DNA from: Rhynchobatus australiae
Lineage: Eukaryota
DNA length: 64,000 bases
Direction of reading: 5' to 3'
NCBI GenBank assembly: GCA_034780895.1
Contig: JAUZTB010000077.1
Coordinates: 7,137,156 to 7,201,155 of the forward strand
A program made the translations under genes and the position numbers. Shown in pieces: positions 50,831 to 63,930 of the stretch. The notes beneath the pieces were generated by a model. That model had not been told where the DNA came from and did no database searches. It was given only the letters and a program-made list of their open reading frames with translations. Position 1 is the first letter of the stretch, and each line of letters begins with the position of its first letter.

Positions 50831-52059
50831 CTACGTCACACATATGTGTTTGCATTAGTTCAACTTGTAAACAACAATACAATGGTGAGGAGACGGAGGG
50901 GGTACAGAGCAAATTAAGCAAGCACCGGAATTAATTTAAACACGAGGAGTGAAGAACGAAGCGGATATCCTACTGATATATCCCACCGTGGTGTGGTTGT
51001 AGGGGGCTTCGTCACTTGCGTTACTGAAACGTCAAGGTCCCTTGAATCCACTCACTCGATGAAACATTAACATCTATTACAGCAAACAAGATACCTAAAG
51101 AGCTCAGCGGGCCAGGCAGCATCTGTGGAGGGAAGTGGACAGCGTCTTGGGTGGATCTGCACTGCAGCCGCAGATGCTGCCTGGCCTGGCACCTTGTTTG
51201 TTGCTGCAGATCCCAGTACCTGCAGTCTCTCGTGTCTCCGTTAGTGGTGCGGTGCATTGAATAATTAGCTCCGAGCAGGGCGCACCTCTGACCTCAGTCT
51301 GTTTCCCTCACGGTGGATCGTAGTTGGTTTTAAAACATCAGAACTTATTTACCGTCTTGCACCAGCTGTCGCTACCTCTACCCTGCCCTCCCAATGTGTT
51401 AACGGACCGAGAATTATAATTATTACTTTAATTCTGTTGGAGAATCAGAAAACCACGGTTGAATTTTGCATACTTGCTCCTATTTACTATTATTAGTAAA
51501 TACATTCTTTTAAAAGAAATAAGATGTAACGTAAGCAAAGGGCCTTCGACATGAAACATTTCTTTCCAGGAGAAATATCTCTTTCTCTTCCCGCAGAGTC
51601 GGTCTGATCTGCCGAGAGTTTGCAGCATTTTCATTTTTTTTTATTTTTAGCTCTTTTAGTTCGTGTATAGCAATTATTTGATTATTTTGACTATGTTGTA
51701 AACAATATACATATTTTAAAGATTATTTATAAATAAAGAAAAGTTTACGATTGCTGTTAAGTTTACGATTACCATTAATGTAAAAATCCAGTTGTCATGC
51801 TTCCAAATTGCAAAATGAATTCAAATTTTGCGCACCAGGCCAGGCTTCTGACATACAACATCCTCACAGTGATGCCTCTCCAAACAACACTGCGAGCACA
51901 AAATCTTGTAGCACATCCTTCTGGTCAAATGGAAGTATTAAAGAAAAACAAATTTGCTTTTCTCGTCACAAGATACTGCCACTAACAAGCCACTAGTTTC
52001 GCCTTATACTGAGGTTGAAATAAAACAAAAGGGTAATTACAAGAGTTGCAGACGCACAA

Positions 52060-52570
52060 CATGGCGACAAGAACAGGCCAGAAGCTGGGAATCCTGCGAC
52101 GAGTAACTCCCCTCCTAGGTCACAAAAGCCTGTCCACCATCTAGAAGGCTCAAGCCAGGAGCGTGATGGAACACTTTCCACTTGCCTGGATGAGTGAATT
52201 TTCAACAACACTTTAGAAGCGCGACATCATACGGGACATAGCAGCCCNNNNNNNNNNNNNNNNNNNNNNNNNNNNNNNNNNNNNNNNNNNNNNAGAAGGA
52301 CAAGGGCAGCAGAAGGGGGGAACACCACCCCCTGGAAGTTGCCCTCCAAGCCACACACCATCCTGACTTGGACATAAATCCCCCCCCCCCCCCCGTTCCT
52401 TCACGGTCGCTGGGTCAAAATCCTGGAACATCCTCCCTAACAGCATTGTGGGTATGCCCACACTTCAAGGACTGGGGCGGTTCAAGAAGGCAGCGGTTCA
52501 AGGGCAGCTAGAGATGGACAATTAAATGCTGGTTCAGCCTGCGACGACCACATCCCTTGAATGAATTCAG
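52060..52570 (+). mobile_element. CR1/L2-clade LINE 3' end (related fragments at ~47540-47830 and ~27130-27320)
   Basis: GCCTGTCCACCATCTAGAAGGCTCAAG..GTGATGGAA..CCACTTGCCTGGATGAGTG; GGGTCAAAATCCTGGAA; ends CACATCCCTTGAATGAAT. Confidence 0.6.
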
Positions 52571-54205
52571 ATGAACTGCACTGGTGAACTTGGGTGTAAT
52601 AACACTTGGAAGCCAACAAGTTTCTCCGTCAGCATCTATACAGTCGCACTGAACCAATCTCCACGCTCCATATCAAGTTCACTTGATAAATGTTGATAAC
52701 ATTATGCAACTCATCAAACCTTTTAATTTATGAAAGCAATAGGAAAACAGCAATTTATGGCTTTAGGGTTAAATTCATGGAAATGTTTCCCATTCGCCAA
52801 ATACCAGTGCAACTACTGGGCATTAACATTAAAGTCCGAGCTTTCAATAATATAACCTTGGTCGGAAATGAAAGCTGCAGCGTTTAAATTATAGGAAGGA
52901 AATCCCGGAAATCTATAACGAAGTCTGATTGTCAAATTTCAGACTATACGCTGAATCACTGTTTCAGTCCCCCCAGAGCATCTCTCTTTTGTTTTAATCA
53001 AGACGATACAAGCTGCTAACAAATAATGCAACAATTTCCATGCAGGGTATAAGCAGGCCGGCAGTCATACTCAGGGACAGTACTGGATACAAATCCCCTT
53101 ACCTTCTGCCCGAATGATTTGCTGTCATCCCAGCCCCAATGGCGCCCTCTGTTGCCCTTCAGCGACATTACTATTTCCCACTCTCTACATTCGCCAACCT
53201 TTAGGAATCCTGGATAAGATTACTTAATGTCGAATTAAAGTCAAGCTATGGGTAGCTTGGCGTATTGTGTGGAAGATGGTGACCGCCACAAACCCATTTT
53301 ATGCTGCTCAATTACAGCCAACCAGCGGAGAAAATTTTCATCCAAGTTGGCCGGTTTGGACGAACAAAGATACCCTGAACAGTAAGACCAACACTACATC
53401 ATCCGGAGCCCTGGAATGCTCCGATTCACTTCGCCCTTTCCTTGTAATGACTGAACCTGAATATCAAGACAAATTAAACGTATGCTGTTTGAGCTCAGTG
53501 CCCTTGGTTTTTGTCAGCCATTGCTGGAGTTCCTGTTAATACTGGGAAACATTTCATTTCTCATTATCTGCCGATAGGGCCAACCAAACGGAACATTAAG
53601 GTGCGTAATTGTTCAATAGCGTACTTAAGTCACAACAATATGCATTTATACCATAATAATATGATCAAGGTACAAAAGGGATCAAGAATATACACACCCA
53701 CACATAACGCACACAGACACCTCCTTCAACACACTGTCACACACACCTTCAGACAGTTACACGAACACTCACACACATGCACACACATACGACAGCATGA
53801 TAGGACCCAAACTCAAGTCCACACTGATATACAAATGCACACATGCACACAAACACACACACACATAAATACAGTCAGGGGTCACATGCATTATACACAT
53901 ACATGGACATATATATGCAATCCATCATTACAGACCCTCACTACCCGGGACATGCCCTCTTCACGTTACTACCATCGGGGAGGAGGTACAAGAGCCTTAA
54001 GACCCACACTCAACGTTTCAGGAACAGTTTCTTCCCCTCCGCTATTAGATTTCTGGACGGTCCATGAACCCATGAAGACTACCTCGTTATTCATCATTTG
54101 CTCTATTTATTTAGTTTTGTACCTTATAGTAATTGTAATGTCTTGCACTACAAAGCAACAATTTCATGAGATATGTCAGTGATAATAAACCTGATTGTGA
54201 TATGG

Positions 54206-54206
<1 letters not shown>

Positions 54207-54239
<33 letters not shown>
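54207..54239. repeat. (CA)n microsatellite; degenerate CA-rich tract at 53690-53920
   Basis: Read directly from the sequence. Confidence 0.9.
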
Positions 54240-54240
<1 letters not shown>

Positions 54241-54799
54241 GTGCCGGCACACCATATTTTTGACACCTTATTCTTCTGGTGAGGAAGCCCTACCAGTCTG
54301 CTATTGGAGAAACAGACTATCTGCTGGAGGAACTCAGCAGGCGAGCTGCATCTGTCCTGATGCAGGGGGTCGACCCGAAACATCGACATTTCCTTTCTTC
54401 CCACAGAAGCTGCTCAACCCGCTGAGTTCCTCCAGATCGTTTGTTGCTCCAGATCCCAGCATCTGCAGCCTCTGTGACTATGACGAGAATGCGTCTTTCC
54501 ACTGTGACCGGAGAATGCGTCTTTCCACTTTCACATGATGGAGAAAACTTTCAGTTGGTGACCAGTGAGAGGGAAGTTACTAAAAAAAAAGAGCGTGGAT
54601 GAATAGAAGAAAGGTGTCGTTGAAGATATTATCCTCAGAAGCTCAAAATCATTGGAAGACTTGGAATAAGAGAAAGGGCTTGCCCGGGAGGGCAACTCAA
54701 TGTGTTCATTTCTATTGCTTTCCACATGACAACTGTACTTTAATTCCACGTGTATTGTCCTTCTAAAGAGGTAGTATTTTAGTGCAAACAAGATCGGAA

Positions 54800-55555
54800 T
54801 TTGATGTCAGGGCTCCTTGACTGCAGGAAGCTGGGCAGATCACACATCCCTGTCTGTATCGATGATGTTGAGCTGGAGATAGTTGAGAACTTCAAGTTCC
54901 TGGGTGTAAACATCACCAACAGGTTGCTCTTGTCCAACCGTGTGGACACACGGCAAAGGAAGCCCAGCAATGCCTCTCCTTTCTCAGCAGGAGAAGGAAA
55001 TTCAGCATGTTCCCAACTTCTCTCATCACTTTTTACAGATGCACCATAGAAATCATCCTATCGGGATGTGTCAAAGCTTGGTACAGCAATTGTTCTGCCG
55101 AAGACCACAAGAATTGCACAGTTGTGAACACAGCCCAGTCCATCACACAAACCAGCCTCACCTCCACTGATTCTGTCGACACTTCCCACTGGCTCGCGAA
55201 AGCAGCCAACAATATCAATGAGCCTTCCCACCCCGGTCATTCTCCCTTCTTCCCCGTCTGTCTGGCAGAAGATACAAAAGTTTGAGAGCACACAGCAGCA
55301 AGTTCAAGAGTAGTTTGCAACCTACTGGTATCAGACTCTTGAAGGGACCTCTCAGTCGCTAAAGATGAACTCTTGATCTCCCAATCTACCTCATCGTGGC
55401 CCTNNNNNNNNNNACTATATTCTGTATTCTGTTGTCCTTTTAACTGCCTCAGTGTACTGATGTATGGAATGATGGGTCTGGATGGCACGCAGGTAGAAGC
55501 CTTTCACTGTATCTCGGTACATGTGACAATAATAAACCAGTTCCAATTCCATTTC
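54800..55555 (+). mobile_element. Rex1/Babar-type LINE 3' fragment (a second at ~53930-54200)
   Basis: IPVCIDDVELEIVENFKFLGVNITN; FYRCTIEIILSGCVKAWY; PSHPGH; ends GTACATGTGACAATAATAAAC. Confidence 0.75.
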
Positions 55556-56544
55556 TGACATTCACCGCCCCGAAGCGCCTTCCGTTCACGCTGGGCTTCA
55601 CATCCGATTTAGGGCATGAAACTTCACGCAGATCCTGAGCTGGTAAAATGGATAGAAATACATCCAGTTGTTGAGATGCGATCTCTACTTATTTGTCCCT
55701 TATCAGTTCTTACACTGGAACCCTCCAAGAAAGGTTGTGTAGCTGTGTACCTAGCATCTGGTACTATTGGAATGAAAACACATTGTAGCTATTGAACCTC
55801 AATGTGATGGCCGTTGCTTGCAGGGCATTACAGTGCTGACCATGTTGTCAGCGAAGACCCTACCTGAGAAATGTTTATGACTCAACCATAGACTCATACA
55901 GGCAGAGGAAACCTCCGGTCCGTCTCCTGCAACACTCGCTCTTTGAAAGACCGACCCAGCAAGTCTCAAAGATAATCCGACCCGGTTTGCTCGGAACTAA
56001 TACGTCATATGTCAGATATGTTAACGAAATTCTCTCGTAAAACCGAAGCTTGACAATGTCTTTTGATTAGTTTTAAATATTTTTGGCACTCGGTGATTGA
56101 TCACAGCGCGGAACACACATTGCACCGCGGAGGAAACACGAGTTGTCCAATTACCTCGCTTCGCCAACAGGTGAAGACTATTTCAACGCTGATCCCCATG
56201 GAATCGCCATTAAATGTTGACAGTACACAGTGGTATGCGGGTTGGTAGGTTAACTGGCCACTGTAACTTTCCCCTAGTTTGTAGATGAGCAGTAGAAGCC
56301 GGGGGAGTGAATGGGAATGTGGGGAGAATGAAATGGGAGTTTTGTAGGAATAACGCAAATGGGCGCCTGTGAGCTGGCACGACCGACCTCAGGGGGCGGA
56401 AGAGCCTACTTCCTGTTGTGTGACTCTCTGACAACATGAGCAGGAACAACCGCTCAATTTTGCGCGTATTTCCAATTTCCAGGCCATTCAGGCTTGGACT
56501 GCGCATCACCATGAAGGGAAGGTTAATAACACTGCCTGCATTAC

Positions 56545-56735
56545 CTCAGATCCACAATCAATGCAATGGTGTGAGCGATTTTACTCCATACATGAATCAC
56601 CATAAGGTCTGAGACTTGAGTAATCAATTCAATGTCGCCGAACATGTCGAACCGGAGGTAGCCGACCGCATTCTCAAACACTTTGGTCTGGAAGGCAAAT
56701 TTAATCAGGTCTTCAAACATCTCAGGAGGTGGAAT
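56545..56735 (-). CDS. RBP3: IRBP exon 2
   Basis: cag|ATT...AG|gtaa, 191 nt, [34 protein letters not shown]...IVDL(R). Confidence 0.96.
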
Positions 56736-56849
56736 CTGGGAAAAGGAAACAGAGGGGTTAAAAGACACCCGTGCCTAGTAGATTGCTTGCTCAATGTCCT
56801 GGAATCGAGATAAGTTTTATTCCGGGTTAGCGAGTGTCTGTTAACCTAC

Positions 56850-59800
56850 CGGCATGGGGACGACACTGGGGATATGGTCTTTCAGATTGTCCGGGATATG
56901 CGCTACCTTGAGATGTTTGTCACCCGAGAGTTTCTGCAGGTCCTCCGATAACTTCTGAGCCAGCTCAAGCTCGGAGTTGATGACATTGTACTTCCCCTCT
57001 TGAACCAAGTCGGCGATCTGCCCCGCTACCTTGGCACCGGCTTCCGCAAACGCGTAATTGTCAGCCACCAACTTGCCGGCCGTGCGCACAATCGCGGCAA
57101 CCTTGGCCCGAAGCTCGATGATGCCGAGGGCCACGCCCATGGCTTTATTGGCTTGGACCAGAACATGCGGCTCAGCACCGGACACGCTCCAAGNNNNNNN
57201 NNNNNNNNNNNNNNNNNNNNNNNNNNNNNNNNNNNNNNNNNNNNNNNNNNNNNNNNNNNNNNNNNNNNNNNNNNNNNNNNNNNNNNNNNNNNNCAAGCCT
57301 TGCCAGTCACAGCGCTCAGTGCAACTTGATTTGGAATGGATACATAGAGGTTGCTATTTTCTATCTGGTAAGTGGCTACGGACAAGGCACCTCCAATCGT
57401 TGGCTCCCCGATCACCGTCGCCCTTTTCAAGTCCTTCATTGCTCTGGTGAACGCCTCTGCAGCAGAGCCCGTGATATGACTGGTTAGGATGTAGACATCC
57501 TTATTGGGGCCGTATCTTTGGCCAAGTACCTTGGGCAGTGTCCAGATTTCCAGAGTGGACGAGGCGGAGCGGGTAAACACAGTATAAAGATGACGGACAG
57601 GTTCAGGGTCAAAGAAGTAAGAGCATAAAATTGGAATTGCAGTTGAATATCCACCGGCGTTGTATCTCATGTCAATAATGAGAAAGTCGGTAGAGACCAG
57701 TTTGTTCCATACTTGGTCCAGCAATTGTGGGACAATAACGTTGATGATTTCTGCGTTGGCCATCATATCAAAACGTAGGTACCCAATATTGTTTGGCAAC
57801 ACTTCAACCTTGAAGAGGGCTTGAATGATGTGGTCCAATTCCTCGGGGGAAGGGATTCTGCCAACGTGGTCGTCCAGGACTTCAGGCGCGCTCTCGCTGT
57901 AGAAGACGTGGAAGCGGTGGTCACCAGAGGTCTCCTTCAGGTCGGAGGTCAACTGAGCAGCCAGAGACTCGTAGTCCACAACAGAGCGGTACAAGCCGTC
58001 CTGCCACTTGGAAGTGAGTAGCGAGCTGACCTTGGCAGCCACCTCTGGGATGGCATAGTGGACATTCAGGAGATTTCCAGTGTCCTCCACCAGCTTGAAC
58101 ACTTTAGCGTGGAACATGAGAACATCCTTCGCCTTATCCATCGCCTCTTCCGCCAATACTATGGCATCAGGCACCACGCCGCCGCCTAGCCAACTCTCCC
58201 CATTATTATCTATAAAGTTTATGAAAGGGATAGTAATAAACATATTGGTATTTTCGATGTGGAAAGACTGCGAGTGAAGAAGGGTGCCGGATGTGATCTC
58301 GCCAACCACGGTGGCCCTGCTGAGTGACTGCATCAGGTAGGTTAGCTCCTCTGCCGCCGTGGCAGTGCGATGGCTGGTCAGCACATAGACACCCTTTTTT
58401 GATCCGTAAGAGCTCCCATCCAAATCAGGAAGAGTGGAGAATTCTCTGGTGGAGTTGTTCAGTCTGTTGAACACGGTGTACAAGCGAACGGGTGGGGTTC
58501 GGTCTTGGAAATATGACAGCAACACCGGCACAGCGGCGGAAGTGCCACCCGCATTGTACCTGAGATCTAGAATTAAATTGTCAGTGTCCTGAATGGGCTC
58601 CCACACTTTCTCAACTATGTAGGGGCTCAGTTTTGCCAGCGCCGATTCGGTGGGAAACATATCAAACCTCAAGTAGCCGGTATTGCCCGGTAAGATCTCC
58701 ACTTGAAACACAGCGTCGACAATCTGCCGGAGATAATTGGCATCTGTTGGTAAATCCTCATCTAGGCTCTGTTCCCTGGTGACCGGAGGTTGTGACCCTA
58801 CGCTGATCATCAGACGAGGATCTTCAGAGATGGCCTGAAGCTCGTAGTTCAGTTTTGCTGCTAGATCTTGCTCCGAAGTCACAGCCGAGCGAGCAACTTT
58901 AGCAACTTGAAGCGCCAGAGAAGGTATATGGTCCACGTAGGAATAGTACGCGCCCAACAGTTGGGTGACCTTCCGGATTACATTGGGCATCTCCTTCCTT
59001 ACGGCTAGAATAGAGGTGGCTTTCTCAAGGGCTCGATCTGCATTCACCGGCACACACGGGAACACACCGTTCACTTCCCAGCTCTGACCGGTGATGGGGC
59101 TGATCGACCTGGAGAGGGGAACGGTGATGAAGAAGTCAGACGAGCCAATGCGGAACTTCTGGACGTTGAGCGAGCCTCCTGCTGTCCGCTCCCCCACCAA
59201 CAGGCCACGGTCCAAGTGCTTCAGGATGTAAGCCACGTCCTCGGCCACCCCTAGTGTGTTCCTGCTGGTGAGCACCAGAACGTCTTTATCCTTATCGTAT
59301 CTTTCACCCAACAGAACGGGCAGGGTCCATAGATCCTTTGTGGTATTGGACGGTCGGTCATAAATGGAGTCGATGTGAACTGCAGGGGTCGAATCGCAGA
59401 AGTAAGATATAATGAATGGAATACCAGAGACCTTCCCGCTGCTGCTGTAGCGGAGGTCGATGATCATCGCGTTGGTGGCCACCATGGATTTCCAAATCGT
59501 GTCCACTAGAATCGGGCCAACCATTTTGACGAGGTCCTCTTCAATGATGTGGTCAATTCTCAAATAGCCCACATTATTTTCCAAAATTTCGAACTTGATT
59601 GAATTTTGGATCAAGGCCATGAGTATCTCGGGGCTCGGGGGAGGGGGATCGACCGGTTCAGAGGGAGACGCCCCGGGCTCGTAGGTGACCAGCAGCCGGG
59701 GGTCGTTCAGAGCTCCCTGGACCCCCGAGGTCAACATTGCTGCAAGAGTTTGGGGATCAGTCACACGCAGTATGTCGCCACTCTGATTGACTTGCCCGAT

Positions 59801-59953
59801 GGCCTCTTTCATCCCAACTAGGTTTTCTGGGAAGCAGTACTTATCCAGTAGGATCTGGGCCATGTCCAGCATCAACTTGGATTGAAACGTCTCGCTAGTG
59901 GGCACATGCTGCAGCAACAAAAGCGCCAGGAAAATGAACGCACTTGCTACCAT
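56850..59953 (-). CDS. RBP3: Interphotoreceptor retinoid-binding protein (IRBP), exon 1: signal peptide, modules 1-3, start of module 4; contains false gap 57194-57293
   Basis: MVASAFIFL..FQSKLMLDMAQILLDKYCFPENLVGM; repeated GYLRFD/IIDLRYN/S41-like modules; donor CCG|gtaggt; frame restored if the CAAG overlap flanking the gap is merged. Confidence 0.97.
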
Positions 59954-60024
59954 ATTTCACACAAGTCCACTGCACCAACGGGAGCGACCTGAAGCAACTC
60001 CCAGCAGTCCGAAATGAACACTGT

Positions 60025-60100
60025 CTGTTTTAAATCTCGATGCTCCGGATGGGACAGATTAACGCGTTCATTTCTGTCGAGCGTGTAATCTCATTAGATT
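60025..60100 (-). promoter_or_regulatory. RBP3 proximal promoter with CRX/OTX homeodomain sites
   Basis: TAATCT on the minus strand at 60056-60061; TAAT-CTC-ATTA palindrome at 60086-60096; TTTAAAA TATA-like motif ~60028-60034; further CTAATCCC at 60525-60532. Confidence 0.65.
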
Positions 60101-63100
60101 GAGCGGAGCCTCCTGAACCATTGCCTATAAATAACAGAAATTAGCGCCGTGCGTAAATAAATCTGCTTCCCCAGCGTTTGGTAGGTTCCAATTCTAGCTC
60201 TGAATCTCAGACCTGCACAGGATCCATCAGGATAAACAGAAGTTGAAGTTATTAATGCATGAAGACGTTCTTCACACGTGGGAGAGGCAGCGATAACCCC
60301 GAATGCTAATTAGTGATCAATAAACAGTTTATCAATAGCCTTGCTATTCCGATATTAATTTTCTTTCAATCCTACTTTCTGCTTTGAAGAGATTGAACTT
60401 CCCCCTCTGTACTGGAGAGCATAATCAGAACCCCGCCGATTCTCCTATCTGCTGTTCCTTTTATAAGCACGGAATTCAAACCCAAATTTCCCACTGCAGA
60501 ACGTAAATGGAATCTGTTGTGACACTAATCCCCGCGCAATATCTGATTAACTTTTTAACACCGCCGAGTAACATATGGCCGTGTCTTTATCAACCGGCTC
60601 AGCCAATGGAGGCGCTTGTGTCACGGGTACCGAGGCTGCTTATCAATTTAGCTTCCTGCACTTGGGGTCAATGAGATGAAGAAGGCGACGGGATGCACCT
60701 TCGCAACCAATTGTGTCCCTGCCTTAGCCTTAAGTGCAGTTTTCCCGAATATTTTGATATTCTTAGTGGGAGAAAGATTGCCGCGGGTGATGGAAAACTT
60801 TGCCAAAATGATTTCAAAAATCTTTCGCGTTAATGAGACGATTGCAACCAAAATCGACATTAATAATATTTATCAGTTCAAAATAGTCGTGCGAATGAGC
60901 GTTGCGGCAAGGTAAGAGATATTTAACATGAGATTGGAATAAAAATAAATGGATACACCAGGAGCTCTGGAAGAAAATGAGCGAGTCTTATCCACAACGG
61001 TCGAAGCCACAGAGGGCGGATCTGCTGCCAGATGTGTTTTTGTTCACGCTGGGTTAGTGTTCACAATGTAAAGACCGCACAGCCCAATCTCAGCTGCTAG
61101 ATAACAATGAGCTCCAGCTCGCTTTTAATTATTAAAAACAAAGTCACAGTCAACATTAGATCCGGTGATCTCTTTGAATCTCCGTGCCCGTCACTAAATA
61201 TTCAGCTCCCAGCGCAGACGGGAAACTCTCTCGACCTTGGTTATACCCCAGCGTTGTTCTGATGTGGTTTCGTGATACATCATAAGCACAAACTATAAAC
61301 GAGGGCTTACATTGAACACTACTGCAGGGAAATTATTGGTGGCGACGGATGATCTTATGGAAACCATATGGAAACTCTCCTCTTTATTTAGGTGCACATA
61401 GCGTTTGCAAAATGAAGTCAACGGACATCAAGCCAATACTTTACCTCCCAGATAATCCACATACACCTCCCGACTTAAAGTAGACAGTGCCGAATATTTA
61501 AAAAAAAGTTCTAACAAATTTCTGCCACATCAGCGCTTTGGAAAGAGCTCACCGCCCCAATCGCTTCGGATGGAAGTGTAGTTATNNNNNNNNNNNNNNN
61601 NNNNNNNNNNNNNNNNNNNNNNNNNNNNNNNNNNNNNNNNNNNNNNNNNNNNNNNNNNNNNNNNNNNNNNNNNNNNNNNNNNNNNTTCGGATGGAAGTGT
61701 ATTTATGTGACATCATATCGTAGAGATGGTCAAACTGGCCTCATATAATGTGCTATATTTTAAACATTGAAATAAAAACTCCGTTTCAACAGTAGAGCAC
61801 ACACATTTAATGCTTGCCGTGATCACTTAACACCTAATAAATATATATTTTGTAGTTAATAACCGCAGAGGTATTTTAATTTGATTCCTAACTGGATTAG
61901 TTTACACAACCATCCAAAACGACAAAACGTCTTACACGAACAGATATGTCTTTTCTAAATTTAAGGCAATGAAACTTCTCCTTTAGATGTTTCATCGAAT
62001 CTGGGTTTAATACAGTTCATTGCCGTTACATAAATATATTTTATTTGATGTGAGATCGACCTGTCTTATTCCCATCCAACCCGGATCACCACGAGATGGC
62101 GCCGGCGCCGCTGTTTTTGCAGTTCCCGAGTTGGGCTTCGGTGACCCATTTCTCAATTCAAACCTGAAACAAGAGACTTCTTCAGAAATCTTCTTGACTT
62201 ATAGCTTTGCCCGTACATAGTTAAATCTGAATCTCTATTNNNNNNNTGTAAATATTACAACGATTGTGTATTATGAGTGCATACATGACATTTGTAGCAA
62301 TTCCACAGCAAATTTACAAATTTAAATATTTACATAATCAAAACATCTCTTTTGTGCACAGGATCTTGAAAAAAATATAATTAGAAAAAAGTCTAGTTAT
62401 TTGTACATGGCTTCACCTGATATTGTCTTCAATTAATTCCTCCTGGAGCCAGGACTGCTTTCAGTTCTCGGTGCTTTGGCCGGTTTCTCAAAAGATTTGT
62501 CTGTCAATTAAAGCCATGAACCTTTCAGCTCCCCGCTCACCCCGTGTCCAGCGCGCACACACACCTAACAAGTATTTCATCGCCACCAACTCGTGGGTAT
62601 TTCTGACAGGGAGATTATTTGGAAGCAGTTGTAATTTAACAGTTACAGAATGAAAGGAGTAATGTTCCCTAATGTCTTTAAATTCGACCTAAGGTTAAAT
62701 TCGTATTTGCAGGGAAACTTGATGTTAACGATTTCTAGAAAGCATATAAACGTTATGCGAGACAGACTGGAGATGGCAAAAACGATGATCTCGAAAAACC
62801 TCTTGTACATAATTCCCTCACAGTGTGCCGTGTTCGAAGCGCACAATTGTGGTTGCAGTTAAAAGCTTATTTCCTTAAAAAAAACACTACACTTTTTCCA
62901 TGACATGGAAATGAATATAAACAGTCCAAACTTAACAGGGCATAATCGTTTCAGTGGAAATGATTGTATGTAGGTCATATTATAAACCTTAGTTAGACCA
63001 CACTTGGCGTCCTCAGCTCGGTTCTGGTGACTAAACAAGAGAAATTGAGGCAGGCAGCGAAATATAATTGGCAGAATTTTAAAATAAAACTGAATAGACT

Positions 63101-63149
63101 CATCTCTGGAGAAGGCCGAGGTAAAATGATGAAAGAGTCCCATAAGGTA

Positions 63150-63930
63150 GGGAAGTCAGGAAGGTAATCTAGTTACCAATAGTTCTAATAAACCCGGGGG
63201 AAGGTTGTTCACTCACAGACTAGTCAGTGTAAGGAACGCGGTGCCAACACGGGGGAGGTTAACATTGACGTATTTTACTGGAAATGACAAACTCTTGAAT
63301 GGTAACGAGTACGAGGCAGAGTTAGATGGCGAGGTGGGAGAGGGCACTTGTTGAAGCGAAACATTGGCGTGGTGTACCAGGCAACAGTGCTCCCTGCCCT
63401 TCTGTATGCTCCTGAGACGCGCACTGCCTCCGGCAGAAGGCACCGGGGAGATACCACCAATGCCGTCTCTGCAAAGTCCTCCGTCCTCACTGAAAGAGAT
63501 CAGTGATCTTCCCCAGGCCAACGCCCCCAGCTACACTCAGTTGGACAGGCCAGGTTGTTTGCTTGGAACCAAACTCCTGAAGCAGACTCCATGTGACACG
63601 GGGAGACATCACAAAGGGGGGAAATCAAGGATGGACTCAAAACCTCGCCGGAGCAATGCAGCATCCCCGCCAACTCTTGACAATCCTTGGTGTAGGGCTG
63701 CTCCAAACACAGCAAGAGCACTGGGGGTGGCAGTGAGAACACCGAGTCTGAACATCGGAGGTAAGTGGCCCGTGTAAGTGGCGGAAGGGGTGAACCCCCT
63801 CAGTAACTCTCTCTCTCCTCGCCGGCCATCTCCTGCCCTGTCTGTGCACCGGTCTGCCCTGCCCACACTATATCCTCAGCTACGTTGGAGACAACCAGAC
63901 CAGAGGAAAGTTATCCTTCATCCCAAGGGA
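63150..63930 (+). mobile_element. RTE-clade LINE 3' fragment
   Basis: VYQATVLPALLYA.ET; YHQCRLCK; QLSWTG..RLPKQ-like motifs; ends CCCAAGGGACTGCC. Confidence 0.55.

Noticed and set aside
50612-50921. N-terminal part of the 211-aa ORF 50286-50921
   Set aside because: Read-through of intron and out-of-frame exon 3; only 50611-50286 is the true exon 4
53511-54538. 223-aa and 121-aa His/Thr-rich ORFs
   Set aside because: CA-repeat translation plus a Rex1/Babar LINE tail
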